DNA from: Podospora anserina
Taxonomy: Eukaryota
Assembly (NCBI GenBank): GCA_017654855.1
Contig: CM030336.1
Span: forward strand, 1,178,001 to 1,242,000
Direction of reading: 5' to 3'
DNA: 64,000 nt
The notes beneath the pieces were generated by a model. It saw only the letters and a list, made by a program, of their open reading frames with translations, did not search any database and was not told the DNA's origin. This document shows, one piece after another, positions 60,461 to 64,000 of the stretch; position 1 is the stretch's first letter; each line of letters opens with the position of its first letter. The translations under genes and the position numbers were made by a program.

Positions 60461-61834
60461 ATGAAGATTGTTTCAATGTTTCTGGCGCTGGCCAGCCTCA
60501 CTCAAGCAGCACCAAGCCACCAAAACCAATACCAAAATGACCTCTCTAACCGACAAGCCGGATCCTGGCCCTTTGGCCCTTTTGTCACCTCCGCCGGGAA
60601 GATTCGCGACACAACCGGCGAAAACATCGTGTACGCCGGCACAAACTGGCCCGGCCATGGCGAGGTCATGATCCCGGAGGGTCTGCAATACCAGTCCATC
60701 GAATACATCGTCACGAAGATCAAGAGCATCGGCATGAACGTCATCCGTCTCACTTTCGCAATCGAAATGGTCGACCAAATCTACGCCAACAACGGACAAG
60801 ACATTACCATCCAGCGCGCCTTCACCCAAGCACTCGGCCAAGCCAACGGCACCAGAATCCTCAACCAAGTCCTCGCAAAGAACCCACAGTTCACCGCCTC
60901 GACAACCAGACTCCAAGTCTTCGACGCCGTTGCCGCCGAGCTAGGCAGGCAACAGATTTATGTCCATCTTGACAACCACATCTCCAAAGGAATGTGGTGC
61001 TGCTCCGGCACCGACGGCAACACCTGGTGGGGAGACACCTACTTTAACACCGCCAACTGGGTCAGAGGACTGTCTTACATGGCTAACCACGTGTGTTTCC
61101 CCTTCCCCCTTCCCCCTTCCCCTTCCCCTTCCCCTTCCCCTTCCCCTTCCCCGTTCCCATCTAACACCCCCCAACAGGGCCGAAACTGGGCCGGCCTAGT
61201 CTCCATCGGCCTCCGCAACGAGCCCCGCGAACCAACAAACAACAACGCCCTCCGCTCCTCCTCCTACAACTGGCAATCCCTCTACAACTTCCACAAACAG
61301 GGTGCCTCCGCCGTCAGCAAAGCCAATCCTGCCTTGCTAATCTTCCTCTCCGGCATCAACTACGACACCACCGTCGCGCCTTTTTTCGATGGTTCGACCC
61401 TCTCCCCGGGGAACACTCGTTTCTATCTGTCAGACTTCCCCGGATATGCGAACAAACTCGTGCTGGAAGTCCACAACTACGAAACGGGGATAAATAGCTG
61501 TTCCTCTCTGCAATACAACCTCTTTAACAAGGGCTTCAAAGCCATGACGTCTGAAGCAAAGATCCAGTTCCCGGTTTTGTTGACTGAGTTTGGGTTTGCG
61601 ATGGATGCGAATACCTGGCGGGGTACGTACGCGACTTGTTTGGCTAGTTATCTGCCGAGCCAGAAGGCGGGGTGGACGATCTGGGTGTTGGCGGGGAGTT
61701 ATTATGTGCGGGAGGGGATACAGGATTATGATGAGGGGTGGGGGTTGTTGACGCGGGATTGGAGGGAGTGGAGGAGCCAGGGGTATGTGGATGGGTTGTT
61801 TAGGGGGATGGTGAGGAATTCTCTTGCGGGGTAG
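60461..61834 (+). CDS. Secreted glycoside hydrolase family 5 (beta-1,6-galactanase-like), 428 aa; exons 60461-61090, 61178-61834
   Basis: Signal peptide MKIVSMFLALASLTQA. Motifs GTNWPG..MIPEGLQYQS, MNVIRLT, LDNH, LRNEP (acid/base) and LTEFG (nucleophile). Confidence 0.9.
   Translation: MKIVSMFLALASLTQAAPSHQNQYQNDLSNRQAGSWPFGPFVTSAGKIRDTTGENIVYAGTNWPGHGEVMIPEGLQYQSIEYIVTKIKSIGMNVIRLTFAIEMVDQIYANNGQDITIQRAFTQALGQANGTRILNQVLAKNPQFTASTTRLQVFDAVAAELGRQQIYVHLDNHISKGMWCCSGTDGNTWWGDTYFNTANWVRGLSYMANHVCFPFPLPPSPSPSPSPSPSPFPSNTPQQGRNWAGLVSIGLRNEPREPTNNNALRSSSYNWQSLYNFHKQGASAVSKANPALLIFLSGINYDTTVAPFFDGSTLSPGNTRFYLSDFPGYANKLVLEVHNYETGINSCSSLQYNLFNKGFKAMTSEAKIQFPVLLTEFGFAMDANTWRGTYATCLASYLPSQKAGWTIWVLAGSYYVREGIQDYDEGWGLLTRDWREWRSQGYVDGLFRGMVRNSLAG
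61097..61159 (+). repeat. C/T microsatellite (TTCCCC-type) inside the GH5 intron
   Basis: Seen directly. Confidence 0.9.
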
Positions 61835-62217
61835 GGGGTGTGTCTTCGGGGGGTGGGTGGGGGTCGTTGTGGGTTGAAATGATGGTTTTGGTGGACTGGA
61901 GGATGCCAAAGATGAGGCCTAGGGTGAGGACTACAACAGCCATCCAGAATGTGTACCATTCATTCTACTGGTTTGCGGCGGATCCACCACCATTGGGAGA
62001 GGGTCCTTGGTTCGGCTTCGTCGAAGACTTCTTTGAGAACGATGAGGCGGTCTCGCCAGTACGAGAAGTTCTCTACATATGTGCCGGAGTTCGGAGTGAA
62101 AGGTGCCGCAGGTGGCAATTCTGGTGTCTCTCTGATCTCGTTCGTTTCACTTTGCCCTGTAGGTGCAAGGCAAACTCGTAACGTCCTTGGGAGGAGTTTA
62201 GGGGTAGGAAAGGCCAA
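61800..62217 (-). pseudogene. Frameshifted relic of a fungal membrane-protein C-terminal domain
   Basis: FSYWRDRLIVLKEVFDEAEPRTLSQWW.IRRKPVE, then a GAAT duplication (GAATGAATGG), then WYTFWMAVVVLTLGLIFGILQS in another frame. Confidence 0.65.
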
Positions 62218-62551
62218 AGATGGTGCACGGGCCGCTGCACGGATTCACGTAAACAAAAATATCGAATCAAAGTGCCGAACCAATGTCTTCAACCACTTGG
62301 GCTGGGGGGTGGTGGGGGCTGATTCTGTATGCCCAACGAATACACGCAGTTTCCAAAAGCCAGCAGCAATGACCCCCTACCCAGCCTGTAGATTCGAGAC
62401 CACTTATTTTTTTCTCGTTTTCACCACTAGCTGCCTGGCTGTTCCATTGTTCGCCATGCCGTAACCGTGTCTGGCCGAGTACACTAACGCCAAACGAGAC
62501 TTATACCTTACAGTAAGGAGCATGATGCTGCTACTTTCTTAATTTTGCAAA

Positions 62552-62938
62552 TTGCTTTCGGTGTCACCACGCGTCGCTACCGAGCCGGAACCCAATCCTT
62601 GCCTTAGAGAGGGATACATACACGCAAGAGTTGGAATAAATCGCTGCTGGCAAGCGATCGGCCACGCGAGGGACCTGTTTGAGGCATTGTCAGCGAGGCT
62701 ATCTGTTGTTTTAGATGACTGGGAGTTCCCGGACGATGTCTTCCTGGCTTGGTCCAGTTTTATGCTAGGCCCGTCTCCGGAGAGTGCGATGCCAACCATC
62801 ATTGTCTGCGGTGCTTCCCAGGCAGCCAGGGAGTCATTATGCGAAGCCATCCATGCCAGCGGCGTGCTTCCACATCATATCCTCCTCGACCACCGACCTG
62901 TGGCCCCTGATTTCAGCCGTGTTGATCCAGTTCAATAA
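62552..62938 (+). pseudogene. Truncated ORF resembling an N-terminal domain of ascomycete hypothetical proteins
   Basis: W.AIG.AR..F...FMLG....AMPTIIVC......R......I..SGVL pattern, recalled from similar proteins. No ATG at the listed start, and the ORF ends early at TAA. Confidence 0.4.
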
Positions 62939-63551
62939 ATGATCGCGACAAGTATGATAGATCCCACCTTGCCGATGTATATTGTAGCTAATCTAGTCCA
63001 CATGGCAGATGATCCTTTTCTGAGTCACGCATGGGAGGCCATTTGCATTGACATGGTACCCATTCGACAGTGGAGTTCGTAAGAGGTTATTGTGTGTTGT
63101 CTTATTAAGTCCAAGCCTCGCGTTCTCTCTTCTAGCCGCCTTTGAGGTGTTGTTAGATGGGGAGCCGTCTTGCATACGAGTTAAGGTACCTATCAATCAT
63201 TGAGATACCTTCAGATACGTACCTAGACAATGGAGTGTTCAGAAAACAGATCTCTCATTGTAACTCCAATTAAGAATACCTAGCCGAACAATGCATCAAT
63301 GCGACTTCCTTTATGTTTTTTGAACATTGCTACCGACTGACTGACTAAGGTACATCAACATGAAAAGCGCCACTGGCACTACGTCCTGACCGAAATGGAA
63401 TCTTCGGCAAACACAGGTTTCCAATATCGAATATTGTCAACCAAGCCACTGGCTCACCTCGACGAACTGTCCCTCGATTCGTGAGTACCTTACTGGTTCA
63501 CCAAACCTTCTGAATGACCCAACCTGTCAACAAGACCCCCTCACCATAACC

Positions 63552-63908
63552 ATGTCAAACACCGAAATCACATCCGAGCAAGAGAGCAGAGAAACTGGAA
63601 ACCTCATCATCGGTCTCATTTTCGGCCTCCTGGTTGTCCCTATAGTAGTCCTAATCTCATGCTGTATCATCTTGCGTTACAAGGAGAAACTCAAAAGACT
63701 AGACGCCTGTCCCAGGTGCGACGCCCAGCTCTTCAGCCAAGAAGCCGCACGGAGAATCATCACTGAGCGCATCAGGCGCGATGGAGAAGAACGATATCCT
63801 GAACTCGTCGAGTTGGCTGAGCGGATTGAGAGAATGGAGCAAAGCAGTGCGGTGGAGCATGTTGAGCTTGCCGACTTGCCCGGCCCGCGTCAGTCTTTAC
63901 CGCAGTAG
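63552..63908 (+). CDS. Hypothetical 118-aa single-pass membrane protein
   Basis: ACCATG start. Hydrophobic stretch LIIGLIFGLLVVPIVVLISCCIIL followed by basic residues and CPRC. Probable 5'-UTR intron at 63481-63534. Confidence 0.55.
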   Translation: MSNTEITSEQESRETGNLIIGLIFGLLVVPIVVLISCCIILRYKEKLKRLDACPRCDAQLFSQEAARRIITERIRRDGEERYPELVELAERIERMEQSSAVEHVELADLPGPRQSLPQ

Positions 63909-64000
63909 GGATGGGGCTCGACTTTGAAAGCAACATGCTGAAAATTGCATCGAGACTCGAGGAGGTGTACTAAAACAACATGCAACAAAACATCCTGACA

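Noticed and set aside
47625-61834. Possible secondary-metabolite cluster (dioxygenase, P450, PTH11-like)
   Set aside because: No PKS, NRPS or terpene backbone gene in the window, and housekeeping genes are interspersed.

Overview
Filamentous-ascomycete DNA, probably Podospora or a close Sordariales relative (inferred from RIP, intron signals and LTR structure). It has two sharply separated compartments. (1) 1-~44,620 is a very AT-rich, RIP-degenerated nest of LTR retrotransposons whose layering can be rebuilt from LTR pairs and target-site duplications (TSDs). It holds four chromovirus-type Ty3/Gypsy elements sharing the 3' half of their LTRs but differing in U3 (crapaud-like), a large ~11.9 kb Gypsy element plus an inverted partial copy, a Copia element, solo LTRs and a gag remnant. 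(2) ~44,880-64,000 is euchromatic: a PTH11-like membrane protein, a gamma-butyrobetaine dioxygenase-like enzyme, RPS20, CUE3/ASCC2, an AMO1/Nup42-like nucleoporin, a P450, a secreted GH5, small orphans and two gene relics. Three observations stand out. First, each chromovirus with an intact 3' end hides an antisense ORF with Zn2Cys6-like Cys spacing (Cys codons RIP-converted to Tyr) next to its subfamily-specific U3. Second, an unlisted spliced IF1-like microprotein gene has a presequence-like extension broken by an in-frame TAA. Third, RPS20 (uS10, K6/K8 conserved) sits head-to-head with CUE3, the reader of uS10 ubiquitination. All motif readings are by eye; no searches were run.
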